A stretch of DNA of 64,000 nt from Macrostomum lignano (GCA_002269645.1 NIVC01002109.1:62001-126000), one strand, 5' to 3'. Positions 15,961 to 48,709 are shown, numbered from the stretch's first letter. The notes: generated by a model not told the origin, from the sequence alone. Numbers and translations are program-made.

Positions 15961-16459
15961 TGTCATGGAGACAGTGCCAATGGCCTCATCCATTATACCT
16001 GTACCCATTCTCTATCAAATGTGTGGCCAATCATTTTGCATTAATAAAATCGAGATTAATAGAACTGCAAACCATATTTAGCCAGCAATTTCACAGAGTG
16101 GCATTTCTGCCTAGAATTAACTCGCGAGAACGCCACGTTTTTAGACCAAGACTCTTGGATACACAGTATTTGGCAACATTGTTCCATACATTTGCGAGGT
16201 ACGAAGCGTATTAAATTCACTCTCTTTCTCTCTCTCCCTTTCTTCTGCTTCCTGTAGTTTCCCGTAGATTCCCTATTTGGAAAGTTCCGTTCAGAGTTGC
16301 ACGCGATCGAGTCTCAGCATGGAATTTCTTTTAGAATGATTTGACGCGGTAGCTGCTGGCACGTCGAGACAGTTCGTTGCTGCACGGACACTTTTTATCC
16401 GGAAATTTAGGTTGATCAATAAAACTCAGAAATTTAGCTAGTTATTACATAAGAGTGTG

Positions 16460-16970
16460 TGCATTCAATCGATAAATGGGGTGTCAGTGCATTTAATCGA
16501 TAAATTGGGTGTGTGTACATCCAATCGATAAATTGGGTGTGTGTACATCCAATCGATAAATTGGGTGTGTGTACATTCAATCGATAAATGGGTTGTGTGT
16601 ACATTTAGTCGATAAATGGGGTTTGCGTACATTCAGTCGATAAATGGGGTGTGAGTAAATTCAATCGATAAATGGGGTGTGTGTACATCCAATAAATAAA
16701 TGGGGTGTGTGTACATTCAGTCGATAAATTAAGTGTGTTTACGAAGGGTGCGCAAAAAGTTTTGGCAACTGGTCTATAACTTTTTTATTAGACGTTGAAT
16801 TGTATCAATTTTTTTATCAGGTGACTATATTATCATGATACGCTCGTAAAAGTTTATTTGTGTATTTTCGATAAATAATAAATTGATAAATGAGGATGTG
16901 TGTAGATTCAATCGATACATGGGGGGTGTAGATTAGATCGATAAATGAGGGTGTCTACATTTAATCTAGA
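16460..16970. repeat. About 29-bp minisatellite (AATCGATAAATTGGGTGTGTGTACATCC), interrupted by a mariner-like end
   Basis: Tandem units on both sides of an insert at about 16742-16865. Confidence 0.8.
16742..16865 (+). mobile_element. Truncated Tc1/mariner-like terminus
   Basis: TA|CGAAGGGTGCGCAAAAAGT resembles the mariner TIR at 46452 (TA|CGAGGGTCACTCAGAAAGT). No partner end found. Confidence 0.45.
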
Positions 16971-17004
16971 GTGTGTACAGTGGGAATGTTAGGAGATATA
17001 TTCA

Positions 17005-17320
17005 AGTGTCAGAAGAGACAGTAAAGTGTCAGGAGAAACAGTAGAATGTCAGGATAGACAGTAGAAAGTCAGGAGAGACAGTAGAATGTCATAAGAGTGG
17101 AATGTCAAGAGAGACAGTAGAAAGTCAGGAGAGACAGTAGAATGTCAGGAGAGACAGTAGAATGTCATAAGAGGTAGTGGAATGTCAAGAGAGACAGTAG
17201 AAAGTCAGGAGAGACAGTAGAATGTCAGGAGAGGCAGTAGAATGTCAGAAGAGATAGTGGAATGTTAAGAGAGACAGTAGAATGTCAGGAGAGACAGTAG
17301 AATGTCAGGAGAGACACTGG
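17005..17320. repeat. 20-bp minisatellite (GAGAGACAGTAGAATGTCAG)
   Basis: Tandem units. Confidence 0.85.
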
Positions 17321-17660
17321 GGTGTCAGAGTTCTAAAAAAGCCATACTGTTAAAGCGAATGTATTTAGCACCAGTAAAAGCCCTTGAAAAGAAATCAAGC
17401 GGGCAGTGCAGAGTCGCTAAGATCCCAAGCAGTCCCTATTGGATCGTTGGGAGGAAGGAAAGCGTGGCCGGGAGCAGAAGCCTCTGATTGGTTGGTCGGG
17501 TGATTCAAGAGCACTCTGGAAGGGCTCTGCCATCCACTTCACAAAATTGCTTCCTTCCACAATTCCAATCTGCTATATGGGGCTGCTAGGAATTTCTTAC
17601 TCGTAGAAATCCGTTAGCCGCAAGTTTAAAAACCCGGTCGAATTCGAATCTTATATCGAC

Positions 17661-36374
<18,714 letters not shown>

Positions 36375-39300
36375 GGATCCCGGTGCAAACAATACCTAGG
36401 CCAAGAAGCGTCCCGGAGTCACTTGCGTCGCCTCAAAGTCTTTTCAGACGCGTTGCAGATTGCATATGTCAAATAGGAAAGAAGTGATTCTAAACGACGA
36501 TATGTCACGGTACAAGTCGCCAAAAAGTCGTCAAAGTGTCGCTCCAGAATTAATTTGAAGCGTTTTATTGTCTGCGACTCTGATACGATTCTGGCGCGAC
36601 TCCAGTGACTCTCCGGGGCGACGGTATAACAATTCTGGGGCCGTAAAGGCGTATTTGAGGCGTCCCCAGAGTCGCATTAGAGTCACTGAGTTGTGTTTGA
36701 AGTGCATTTGCGTCGCTTGATAAATTAGAGTCACATTTAGAATCACGTGACGCGATTTTGTGATTCAACAGTCGCCTCTCCGTCGCATTTTATGCGTTTG
36801 AGTTGTTAAAAAGTCACATTAAGAGTGCCCTTAACATGACTCTTTAGCGATTCTTGTCACTGTATGGTTTTCAACGGGGATGGAACAAAAACTGATAAAA
36901 TCCTATAAATATATCTGCACATATCCGTAACTCGGCAACGATAGAGCCAAATCTATCAGCAAAATATTTTGTTTTGTTGGATATAATTAAATTTAAGTCA
37001 CGCTAGCAATCGACCTAGCTGTAGTGTTTAAAGTTTGTTTTCGATGTTAGGTCGATATTTGACAACAACAAAAATTATTAATCACAGATAACATATTAAC
37101 GCCATATTTTTATGTATGCAATGTTTTATTTATTTTAACTCTAACTCTATTATAAATCCCTATAAATTTCTAACGAATATGATTAATTCGATTTTAAAAA
37201 GTTATTCTGATCTCGGCCGTATGTTTTATTTTCATCATTTCGTAAATATCCCTAAAGTACAACAACGATTTGTAATTTGCATTTCATTGTAACAATTAAT
37301 TTGGCCTGAAATTAGAATGCGTTCATATTAAATATAAATTTGCGTGTTGCTACCTGTATATCAGCCGGTTCGCATTACCGCTGGTACGTGTACGTGTGTA
37401 CATGTAGCTCCATGCTGGGTCAAAGATTGCTCGAATGAATGTTAGTTTTATATGGTTCCTCAGACCTTTAAAAGTGATTTGAGACCTTCTCTTAATTTTC
37501 CCCGCGGAGCTACTACAGCTATAACGTGATTAAGCGGCTTTAAAGTAAATACTGTTTGAAAAATCTGCTTATAAGTAGTAACGAACGCGCGTCTGCTGCT
37601 TCAATTCTAATTTTTTGGAATTATTTTTTCGTGAACTAGATTCTTTATGTGTAACATTTTAACATGCAATTCCTCTCTTTATTGACTAAAACATACCACT
37701 ATCGCATTATGTAAATTTAGTAAAAGTGTACAAACGTATTATCAAGTCTACGTACGGTGTACCAAGCATGCATTGTACATGTGCGTACATGCAGTAGTGC
37801 AAGGACCACACTGTAGCTATATACATGCACAGTGGTCTTTATATTGCAGTAGTGTACAGTGTACAACGTATAAACGTACTGGTGTCGCAAGCGAACGTAC
37901 ATGTAAAATATCACTTTTTTGTCCATAACGTGCGTAATACACTATTTGAAAGCAACAATCATAAAATAAACTACAAATATACGTACCCTGAAGATAGACC
38001 GTGGCGCTTCTTCAATTACATACATCAATGGATAAAAACCTAATTCTTATATGTACTTGTTTTTTATATAAGTACAGTGTAACCGAACCGATATTTGACT
38101 TTAAGTTATTTTTTGCTATATACTACATTGTTCACAGACACACAGACACACAGACAGACAGACAGAGTTTTGATTTTTATATGTATAGATATATACCTTT
38201 TGACTATTTTATTTCGTATGTTTGTATCTCTTGATGCAGAATCACTTAATTCAGGACACGTGCTTTTTATACAAAGAAACAAAATTTGTTTGATATACTT
38301 CATTTCACGCTAAAACTGAAGTCATTTTTAAGACTTTTTGTTTTAATTTAATAAAATGTGCCGTATTTTCCTAGAAACCATCAGCTTCTCAGAAATTTAT
38401 CTGCTGCTTTTAATGTATCGTGAAGGCAGATGGCAGTTAGCTCGGGTTGCACGTTTAAATCGAAAGTCAAATATCAAACTATTAGTTAAAATAATAAAAA
38501 TAGTTGCAAAGCTTAACTAAATGCTATATTAGCTAATGAGCCAGACAGCCAGCAACCTTAGGATTCTAATTGCAGTACTAGTATTCATATTGTATTGTTA
38601 ATTGTTAAATTGTATCTAAGTTATAAGTTATATCCTAAAAATATTTAATACTCAATTAGGTTTTTAAATGTTTTGTAAATCTATTGAAAGTATTAAGCAT
38701 TGCATTAGCCAAGCTATATAGCTTTCAATAATCAGTAAGTGCCTAGGCCTAACCTATAGAGATCTATAGTCTAGAGTAATAGAGTATAGACTAGACTGTA
38801 GACAGATAGGCTTAATAAAATAGGTTTATATTTTTGTAGTTTAGTAAATAGGCCCCGCTTAGTAGATTTTACTGCTGAATTTCTGGCTGTTTGAGGTTGG
38901 TTGTATGAAATGTTTTACTAGGGTAGGCCTAAGCTTCAATCAATAGTGCGCAGTCATTTCATCTGCCACCTTTTTGTCTGCCAGCAGACAAAACAACTTT
39001 TAAAAAATGAAAAGTAAAATATAGCTATGTAAATTTTAAAGCTCTTTTATTATAAGATATTGCAAGTCACACAAAAAGTTATTTTAGGATGTTTTTTTAT
39101 ATATGTAATATTGTTTAACAGTTTAACACAACATTTCAAAGAAATATTGTATTTAATTTAAACATCTGAGGTGGGGGCAGAGGAAGTTTTCTTTCTTGGA
39201 ATAGGGTGTTTTGAAAATTTGTTGACACCAGTGAGGACATGAGGTGGGGTGGATGCCATGTTTGAATTTCCGCCAGCATTGCGTTCGCACAATTAAAGCT

Positions 39301-42300
39301 AGAAATCGCGCAGACAAATCAAAACAAATTTTTTTCCTCCTGTTTTACTCCAACAGCCAGGTTCTCAAGTCCGGGGGGAGGGTAGTTGTAATTGTAGTCA
39401 AGCGGTCGTAAGCGGCATAGTCATTTAGACTTTAGACTCAATGGTCTAGACACCGTAAATCTGTTTTCTGAGTTGCTGAATTGATTATTTTCAGTAGAGT
39501 AGTGCTGCCACTACCATAATTGCGTATTACGGAACATTGAAATCTCAGAGCTCCTTCAAAGATGAGATTAATTTGGTTGTTCAATGCCCCACAGGCAAAT
39601 GACTCAAGATAAACTATTAAAGGCTTCAATTAACAAACAAACTGTTATTAATGTCAATTGTTACTATTATTATTATTAGCAGGCAGTATCAAATGATTAA
39701 ATTAGACTATTATTAAACAAAAATGATTGCGGTAGGTGCTAGGTGCCAATCAACCAAACCTAAAACCAAAAGAAAACAAAGCCAACAAAGAAAAAGAAAA
39801 GAAACGGAATGAAAAGACACGGAAAGAAAGACACGGAACAAAAGGGGGGAGGGAACAAAGGGAAGATAAACAACTAGCAGCCCAAATTGGCCTTATAAAT
39901 AATGAAAGTGTCGTCTAGACAGGGATGGGGCAACAGATGTGGCGGCAAGGTAGGGGATGGGGCAGAAGATGGGGCAACAGACAACATTGAAACATAAATG
40001 GGAAATAACAAAAAAACAACTTCGTCAAAAGATGGGGCGAGGGATGGGGCAAGGGGCGGCGCACTGGGTGACAAAAAGGAGTCATAGCAAAATTTTACCA
40101 CCTGACAAAATCTTGCTCAGACAGTGGTAGATTGCCTAACCACACATCTATTAAAAAAAGTTTTCTGATAGTCAATTAGAGTTGTTAGTGAATCAGAAGG
40201 TAGAGTAGTTTGCAGTTAAATATGATTGTGAGCATTGTTATGATCCCTAGCCCTATCACAATCTAATGATGATAACGCATTTGCTGTCTTGTTGCAAAAT
40301 TTATTTAAACTTAACTTCAAATTATATATACATATATAAATCAAGTCAACCTTTGGTGTGTAACAGGGCTTTTACCTCCTACTTTATCAATTTTAATCCT
40401 ACTAAATGCCACCAAGTTGTATAGGTGTTGTTCCTGTCTGCTAACTAAAGTTTATCCTAATTGCACTTCTATTTTCACTCTTTAAATGTTTCTTAGAATT
40501 TCATTTGAATATACTGGTAGCATTTTATGTATTAGTCTGGTAGCATTTTATGTTTTAGTCTGGTAGCGTCTTTTGTATTAGTCTAGTAGCATCTTATATA
40601 TTGCCTGAGCAGTTTAATACTGGTACATGAACTTATTAGATTGTCCTAGTTGGGCATTCACTGGGATTAGAGGGTCACAGCGCAACTCTTTGAATTTCCT
40701 TTGTATATCTCCCAATCCCTTCTCTTAGCAATTTTCTGAGCACTGTAACTCTTCCCTCTTTCCTTAAAATGACTAGGGCCTAACTCAATAAGGTTTCAAA
40801 GTTTATCTGAGAATATAGAATGAATGAGCTAAGAGCAAGCAGCAAGTTAGCGAGTTTAGCAAGTTGGGTTTATTTGGGCAAAAATTGGCTCATATATATA
40901 CTGTCTAGATGGCTACATTTATAACAAAAATAATTACGGATAATATTTTGTGTAGTAAAACAAAAGCTAAAATTAGTTTCTAGCATGCACGCAAATTTAA
41001 CATGTTTATTAATCGGCTATTTTACATGCACAAATTGTAATGGTAATTATAAGCATTTTATTAGGCACAAAGAATAGTAAAAGTAGTTAACACAAGTATA
41101 CACTAGCACAGGTGGGTCTTAAAATAATATTTTTAGATACACTTGTACTTTAAAAAATGAGTTTGTTATCTTTACTTTTAAGTTTTTTTAAGATGTACAA
41201 TCTAGATTTCCATGATTAGACTGACGTTGTATTCAATATTTTTTGGCAAACAAAATGACTGCATCATATTTTTGTAGACAAAAGAGTGGCAGAAAAACTG
41301 GCAATAGACAAAACAACCATCAACCGAGGCTGAGGCTACTATAACAATATGCTACTAATTAGATTGGCCAGTCATTATTTGCAGAGTACTATGTAAGTAT
41401 TGCTGATGTTATTTATATCGTAACTAAAAATAAAATAGTATAATTAGTTATCCTATCAAGGACTATTTATATAGGTTAAGGACCCTATATCTTTTATTTT
41501 CATAAAACATAATAACTTTTAGCAAACTAAAGTGGTAAATAAAGTTGAGCCATGATTTAGGCCCTATGTTTATTAGCTTAGCATTTTTATCAGCTTGTAC
41601 TTGTAGTATTTGTACTATTAATAATGCAAAGTATGGAGGTTGTTTCGGAAGAAACAAATAACAATACAACTTATTTACCTTTAAAAGGATATATTTTTGG
41701 TAAAATATAATTGGACCATCAGGGTCCAGATGATTAAGTAGTGTACGGTTGAACAAGAATCCTATTTTAGCTAAATGTATGCCAGTATATGCCAAAAACA
41801 AAAAATTTCCCTAAAATGTATGTCAAAATTTCTCCTAAAAAAGATCATTAAATTTTCATGGAGTAGAGTTTTCTAAAAAAAGCTTTTGTTTGAAAAGTAT
41901 TTTTTAAATATTACAAATATTTTCATTTTTTAAAACCTAAATTATACATATAAAAATAATATTAATATAAAATTTACACTTTTAGCAATAACTTTTACTA
42001 ATTTTATTTATTGTTGAATTTACAGAAGCAAAAAGTAAATCCTGTCTTTATAGACTATATGAATTTTCCTGTTTTTTATGTAAAAGCATTAATTTCAAAC
42101 TAAGCCATAATAGGCCAAATTTTTAACATGGGTTATGATTGAAAACAGATAAGAATTTTTTTTTCTGGATTTTAAATTAAAATACATACATGCCAATTAT
42201 AATGAAAATAATCAGTATATTACATACAGTATAACCAAATGGAGAGTGTATAAGATATGCCCCGATATTTTCTAGTGATGGACCAAATATAGATTTTTGC

Positions 42301-42417
42301 AAAGTTTCCAAAACCAAATACAAATGTACAAAAAAATTGAATCCAAATGTCCAAATGTGTTTCTAAATGTAAAAAAGTGAAAAGGTAAATGGCGGGAGTA
42401 ACTATGACACCTTTCAG

Positions 42418-43003
42418 TAGAGGGCGACTGGGATGGCCAAAGTCAGGCCTGGGAATAAGGACTCGGGCCTGGGTCAGGCCTCACGAATTTGGGACAAGAT
42501 CTTTAGGACAACTCAATAATTAGAAAAAAATCGTCAAATATTAAATAAAATAAAATAAATAAATATGTATTTATAAATTTATAAATAAATATTTATTTAT
42601 ATATTTTATATTTTATTATAAAACAAATTAAGAAAGAATAAATTAAAATATATTATAAAATTAATAAATTTTATTATTTAAATAAATTAATTATAAATAT
42701 ATAAATAAATTTAATTAATAGATTAAATACAATAAAATTAAATATATAATAAATATATAATAAATATTATTATTATTTATTACATTAGTTAGGACTTAAG
42801 AATAGACAAGAGTTACATTACAAGACCTAATACTCAAATATTTGCATGCAGTTAGTGCCTTTAGGGAAAAAAGACTTGTCCCGATTTCCCGACTTTTTTA
42901 GGGTTGGGCCTGGGCCCAGGTTGGGCCTGGGCCCAGGTTGGGCCACGATTTTGGTCGATATTCCTGACTTTTTGAGCCCGGGCCTGGGCTAGGTCGCCCC
43001 CTA
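42418..43003. mobile_element. hAT-type MITE (586 bp) with GC-rich subterminal repeats and a nearly pure A/T core
   Basis: TIRs TAGAGGGCGAC / GTCGCCCCCTA. 8-bp TSD cctttcag / cctttcaa. GGGCCTGGG subterminal repeats. Positions 42540-42780 are almost only A/T. Confidence 0.72.
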
Positions 43004-44999
43004 CCTTTCAATGACAAAAATGCCTCATCATCTAATTAGTAATCATATTAGTGTTGTACATTAATTTATTGACAAGATTCAATCTATCTTGGGCTTATAT
43101 TATATCTATCTAGTATCTGAATTAAACTGAACTTGGACTTGGAATTGGACTTAGTTCTTATATATCTAATCTAACTAATTCCAATTACTAATAGGCTACT
43201 AACTGACATTATGTTTGTGCGATTTGATAACTTTACCATGCTACTGCACATAAAGTCCATTGCATTTGCATTTTGAAAAAAGCAAAGTAATGATTACACT
43301 TAAGCAATCTAATAAACAATCTAATCTTCTATCTATCTTCTAATCTTCTATTCTAATCTTCTAATCTTCTTCTTCTAATCTAAGTATACTAAATCTCTAA
43401 AGTTTGTATGCTTGTCTATAATGCACTAGAGATTGCAATTCTTCACCAATTTCGATTGCATTTTTGCTAAAAGATATGTAATCAGCCCAGGATTGTATAG
43501 TTAAAATCTTTTTAATCTGCTTCAATGCTAAAGGGATTAAATATTCAAAAAAACTGTTTTAAATGGGCTTTAAATGGGTTGAATATTGGCTAATATTGCA
43601 GATCACTTCAATAATATACTTACAAGTTAGATATTCACTCCAATTTCTAACCATTTGCTTTCACAATCACTTTGACACAAAATTTATTATTAAGTATATT
43701 TCAAGTGTCATTAAGCCTAATAAAATTATTTTTAAGTAGAGAATTTATAGTATATATGTTAATTGTAATTCAAAAAACATTTTTGCTAATTTGGTCACTT
43801 TTAAAATTTATTTGTATACTAAATTTAGCCATTTTAAAATTTATATTACAAAAAGTATTATCATCATATACTGTAAAGCTCAACCACATTGCTATTTACT
43901 GACAATATACATGCGCAACCTCCAAAATTTGGTCAGCGATGCAACTTAGTTTTAACAAAAAATGTGATATCGTTTTTGGCCAAAAATGCAACTAACATGT
44001 AAAAGAAACCCTAAAGCAAAATTAATGCAACTTTTGGTAAATGACAAGAGTTATGACTGTCTTATTAAGGCAAAATGCCTCATTATCTACTTAGTACTAC
44101 TTGGGTATTTACTTGGGTGGGCATTTTCGCAACTTACCTTGGTTGGCCACCAAATTAGTCGACTGGATTGGCCGACTTGGCTGACTATTGCGCATGTATG
44201 ACTGATATAAAAAATAATATAGCAAACAATTGTATTGACTTTTAAAAAGAGCCAAAGCTTTTGTATTACTTAAAAGATATTCATTATTACATGAAATCTA
44301 GCATTCCTTTCAAGTCTAATTTATTTCAATGCTATATCTATATGGCTCGATGGATAAATGCTCTTTGATAAATTGTTTAAACAAACTCAAATCCTATATA
44401 CTAAAAATGAGTTGTCTGTATGTGGGTAGGTATGCGATAGATTTCAGAAAAAATGGCTCAACCGATTTTCTTCAAACTTGCACCATTTGATCAGAAATTT
44501 TCCTGGGACGGTATATGCATCTTGGCTAAAAAATTGCTCAATTTTAAAGGGATTAAATATTCGAAAAACCTGCTTTTTTGCAAAGGTCAAGCAGCTCTTT
44601 CGACCTAAAATTCATTGTAAGAATGCTAGAGAAAAAACTGACTGGCTGAATTCCGATTGTGATAAAGATTGCATCACAACAAGTTGAAAACAGTGCCGAA
44701 GAAATGCACACACGACTTGATTTAAATTGCGTAACCAATATTGCTAACTTAAATTGAGACTGATACTGGCTGACTGAGAAATTGATTATGTCATTACTTT
44801 TTACTTCAATTGACTTGCTGTAAGAATTGAATTATAAGGGCCACAATTCACGTTCTCCAATTGAAAAGAGATAGCCAAGATGCGAACAGACTGGAATGCT
44901 AATGTAGCGACCTGGGTTCGAATCTTAGTAGTGCAAAAAGATTTTTTTATCAAAACACCTTAAAAACACAACAAAACTGCTAAACATAATAGAAGCGCA

Positions 45000-45690
45000 A
45001 TGTCAAACATAGAAGAGCCACCATGTCGAACATTAAAAAGCCAACATTTCGAATATAAAAGAGTTACCATGTCAAACATAAAATAAGCACTATGTCAAAC
45101 ATATATGTGACTCCATGTCAACGATTAAAAAGCCACCATTTCAAACATAGAAGAGCCACTATGTCAAACCTAAACAAGCCACCACGTCTAACATTTAAGA
45201 GCCACCATGTCAAACATTTAAGAGCCATTATGTCAAACATTAAAGAGCCACCTTTTTAAACAAAAAAGAGACCCCATTTCAAACATAAAAGAAGTGTCAT
45301 GCCAAACAAAATGGAACCATTATAAAGCTAAGGAAATTGTTGCACTAGCTACTTGTTCTCTGGTGGATGCTTGCTTTTTAAGGATGGATACTTGCTTACA
45401 GGGGGATGCTTGCTCTTGTGGGTGGAGGGTACTTGCTATCTGAGAGGGGGTTGCTAGATATCTATAAGGTATCTTTGTATCCAGGTTATGCTTGCTATCA
45501 GGGGTTGCTTGCTGTCTGGGGGATGCTTGCAATCTGGGGGATGCTTGCTATCTGGGGATGCTTGCTATCTGGGGTTGCTTGCTATCGGGGGGATGCTTGC
45601 TACCTGGGGGATGCTTGCAGTCTGGGGGATGCTTGCTATTTGGGGATCGATGCTTGAATGCTGTCTGAGGATGCTTGCTGTCTTGGGATG
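45000..45690. repeat. Two adjacent minisatellites (about 23-bp GAGCCACCATGTCAAACATTAAA and 17-bp GGGGATGCTTGCTATCT)
   Basis: Degenerate tandem units at about 45000-45300 and 45355-45690. Confidence 0.8.
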
Positions 45691-45989
45691 TTTTGTTTTT
45701 AGAGGGAATGTCTGTTGTTGTTTTTTGAAGGTTTTATTTCGCTGTCTATTTGTTATTTGTAAAGAACAAGGATTCTATCCAGATGTCCCCCATCGGGGGG
45801 CGAAGATTGCTAGTAGTCTCTACTAAATTCTAAAACAATTTTTTTAACAACTTACTTTATTTTTCTTTAGGTACCAATAATTGATTATCTAGTTTATCAA
45901 GTAGATAAAATAATGGGGCCATATAGATGTTTATACTAGCATAAATATGAGAATAAAATAGGAGTCTGTGTCTGGCTTACCATAGAGGA

Positions 45990-46215
45990 TGCTATACGCT
46001 CGTACTTAGATATCAAACTTGCTGATCTCTTGAGATGGAACTGCATCTTAATGCATTGACAGACTGCTGATTTAGTTCTTTGTAACTGTGGTGAACATTT
46101 TTCTACACAAAATTTCGAGCTAGGGTTCTGTGACTCACAGTGAGTCTACTACCTCAGGTTTGGAAAGTGTTCGAGCACAATGTAGCAAATAGCATCAAAA
46201 AGCTTTGCATGCTGC
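45990..46215 (-). pseudogene. Possible highly decayed hAT transposase C-terminal dimerisation domain
   Basis: KLFDAICYIVLEHFPNLR**...SSKFCVEN...NALRCSSIS loosely follows FPNL...SxERSFS...LRS of hAT dimerisation domains. Several stops. Confidence 0.3.
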
Positions 46216-46451
46216 TGCTTTGACAAGTCAAAAACTGTGTGAAGGGTTGTATTTTGGAAATAATTCCCTCAAATCACCTTGCAAGCATCGAATGCCTGAA
46301 GGCTCCACCAATCCACTATGACTTGCATTTCATAGAAAAACTGATATGGAATTCGCAGCCCTGCCATTATCGTGTGATGCAGCTTGCAGCTCATGGCAGT
46401 GGTTGCAATTGTCTGAAGTACAATAGACGTGGCACTCCTTCCTGCCACATA

Positions 46452-47762
46452 CGAGGGTCACTCAGAAAGTTCTTAGCTTGAACACGAAAACAGCAACAAA
46501 TGAACTAAAAAAAGACTACAAGTGCTCAAAATACTCTCCACCGGCATTGATACAGGCTTGCATCCTGTGAAACCAGCTGTCGAAGCACTGCCGCCAATCC
46601 TCATCCCGGAGCTCCTCGATGATGTTTTTAAACTCATTCACAGCTTCTTCCGGTGAAGAAAAGACCTGGCCCTTCAGAATCTCCTTGCACTTCGGAAACA
46701 GAAAAAAGTCGCACGGTGCCAGGTCTGGACTGTAAGCAGGGTGAGTCATCAGCTGGACCCCACAGTCAGCCAGAAACTCCAGAGTTTGAGCCGCCGTGTG
46801 CGCGCTGGCGTTGTCGTGGTGCAGAAGCACCCCACGCATTCCGCACCTTGGGCGCCTCTGGCTCACAGCAGAAAAGACCTTGGGCAGGCAAACCGTTGTG
46901 TACCAGTCAGCGGTGACTGTCTGGCGATCTTCAAGTGAAACGGAAGCCACATGCCCAGTGCGCATGAAGAAACAGGCCACCATCTGCTTGCCGACACTCC
47001 GGCTGCGTCGAAACTTGGTGGGGCTGTCCTCGTCTCCAAAGGTCCACATGGCTGACTGGCGCTTGCTTTCGGGGTCGTATTGATAAATCCAGGTCTCATC
47101 GCCCGTGAGGATGTCCCAGATACGCCGGCTGGTCCCGGATTCGAATTTCTGCAGCATGAATCGGCACCAAGCCACCCTGGTGTCCTTCTGCACGTCAGAC
47201 AGCTGATGGGGGATCCACCTGGAAGCCAGCTTCCGCACTCCAAGGTGTTCGTGCAGAATGGCGTGCACACTCCCCGATCCAATACCGATCTCCTGCTGGA
47301 TCTGCTGGTAGGTCACTCGCCGGTCAGCGGCAATCATGCTGGACACAGCGCAGATATTTTCTGGAGTCACTGCGTCACAGGGTCTCCCGGATCGATGTTC
47401 ATCTTCGAGGCTTTCTCGACCTCGGCGAAACTCAGCGAACCAGTTTTTGACGGTTGCGTATGAAGGACATACATGGGTGAAAACGTTCTGTAAAGTTTGA
47501 TACGATTCGGCCGGCGACTTGCCTTGCTTGAAGTGCAGGTACATCATTGCTCTGAAGTCGCGATTTTCCAGCTTCATTGTTGAATTGAAGAACTCAGGGG
47601 GGTGAACTGACTTTAACTCGCTGCAGTGGACTCAAAAGTGGCTGCTTCTGTTTGAAATTTTTGCTGCGATACTTTTAAAAGTTGGTCTTTACCATAGACA
47701 AATTTCATGCTTCTACGTCTCGTGGATCCTACTCAGGCTAAAGACTTTCTGAGTGACCCTCA
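46452..47762 (-). mobile_element. Full-length mariner element (about 1.31 kb)
   Basis: TIRs CGAGGGTCACTCAGAAAGT (after TA at 46450) and ACTTTCTGAGTGACCCTC(A), about 29 bp with mismatches. The right end has a terminal mismatch and lacks TA. Confidence 0.93.
46516..47577 (-). CDS. Mariner DD34D transposase, intact 353 aa
   Basis: WIPHQL, TGDETW, HHDNA and HPAYSPDLAPCDFFLF; 34 residues between the second and third Asp; N-terminal HTH region. Confidence 0.95.
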   Translation of the reverse strand: MKLENRDFRAMMYLHFKQGKSPAESYQTLQNVFTHVCPSYATVKNWFAEFRRGRESLEDEHRSGRPCDAVTPENICAVSSMIAADRRVTYQQIQQEIGIGSGSVHAILHEHLGVRKLASRWIPHQLSDVQKDTRVAWCRFMLQKFESGTSRRIWDILTGDETWIYQYDPESKRQSAMWTFGDEDSPTKFRRSRSVGKQMVACFFMRTGHVASVSLEDRQTVTADWYTTVCLPKVFSAVSQRRPRCGMRGVLLHHDNASAHTAAQTLEFLADCGVQLMTHPAYSPDLAPCDFFLFPKCKEILKGQVFSSPEEAVNEFKNIIEELRDEDWRQCFDSWFHRMQACINAGGEYFEHL

Positions 47763-48709
47763 ACACAACTTTGGCATCTAAATCGTCGATCTCATGCTGC
47801 AGACTCTACTTGCTACGAGTATGGTTTCAGCTTCCTCCTCCAATCCAAGCAGGTCCAAGCGCTGGTTTCAAGGGATCAAAATAGTTAATGAATGTGATAT
47901 GGGGTCCCAGCAGGCCTCATAAGCTTATAAGTTCTCTGGTCTTTTGCGGGTATCTAAAAAAAGACAAGTGGCTCCTATGCAGTTAGTACTTTGACGCTAG
48001 TATAAATTTTCAAAACAGCAACTTCAGGTATCATCAATCTGAATTCGAGGGATAAGAGTATCGATTGTAAGGTGCTCGAATTCGAGGTCTATCTGGATTC
48101 ATTGCACGGGAGTCCAGCATTGTGACATTGTTCAAATCTGCTGCCTTTACGTTGTCGGCTTGAGCCATTTACCGCAATTTTTTCCCAATAGAGCCGCTTA
48201 ATGAGAAGAGTGGATTCTTTGGCTTGGTGTTGCATATCTTTAGTGAAGTCCTTGCGCTTAATAGCGTCCAACAATGGTAGAGGATGTTTGTGAGAGCCTG
48301 ACACTGAGTTCACCAGGCCGTCTTTAACTTCAACTTCATGCTCAGCAGTTGCAGCCAGTCAGTTGACACTTGAAGTATAAAACGATTTCTGAAAATGTAG
48401 CTTTTTGTTCCTTCAGATAAATTCAGCCCTTTTATGTGGCCAGCATTGAGCCATTGCGCTTAAAAGAAGTAAAGAGAATTAGGACAGTATTGATTATAGA
48501 TTATACAGATTATACAATCAACCGGTCCTTTTTAAAAAGCAAAAAATCTATGCAATCAATTAAACTTGGATTGCTTAATAAACCAAACAATAGTTATTGG
48601 AACAGTCATAAAGCCGACACTGTTATGTCGAATATATATGCTGTTATAAATGCCGCAATAAGAAGTATATAAATAAACAAGAGATCATTAAATGAATGCT
48701 TTTCAGTCT

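Noticed and set aside
15085-16008. His/Ser/Leu-rich 307-aa ORF and similar repeat ORFs (8431-9274, 10521-10962, 11279-11934, 23884-24462, 30817-31943, 49899-50586, 51903-52442, 52923-53516, 56153-57142, 59101-59603)
   Set aside because: All coincide with tandem repeats, are open in multiple frames or strands, and show no domain signal.
36400-36865. Possible MITE with GAGTC/GCGTCGC subterminal motifs after the GPCR stop
   Set aside because: The terminal inverted match is weak and no TSD could be defined.
44392-44560. Possible Helitron/HINE-like 5' end (TCCTATATACTAAAAATGAG...GGCTCAACCGATT)
   Set aside because: No matching 3' hairpin plus CTRR end could be identified.
44868-44935. tRNA-like segment with GGTTCGAATC B box
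   Set aside because: No cloverleaf stems can be formed; at most a decayed SINE head.
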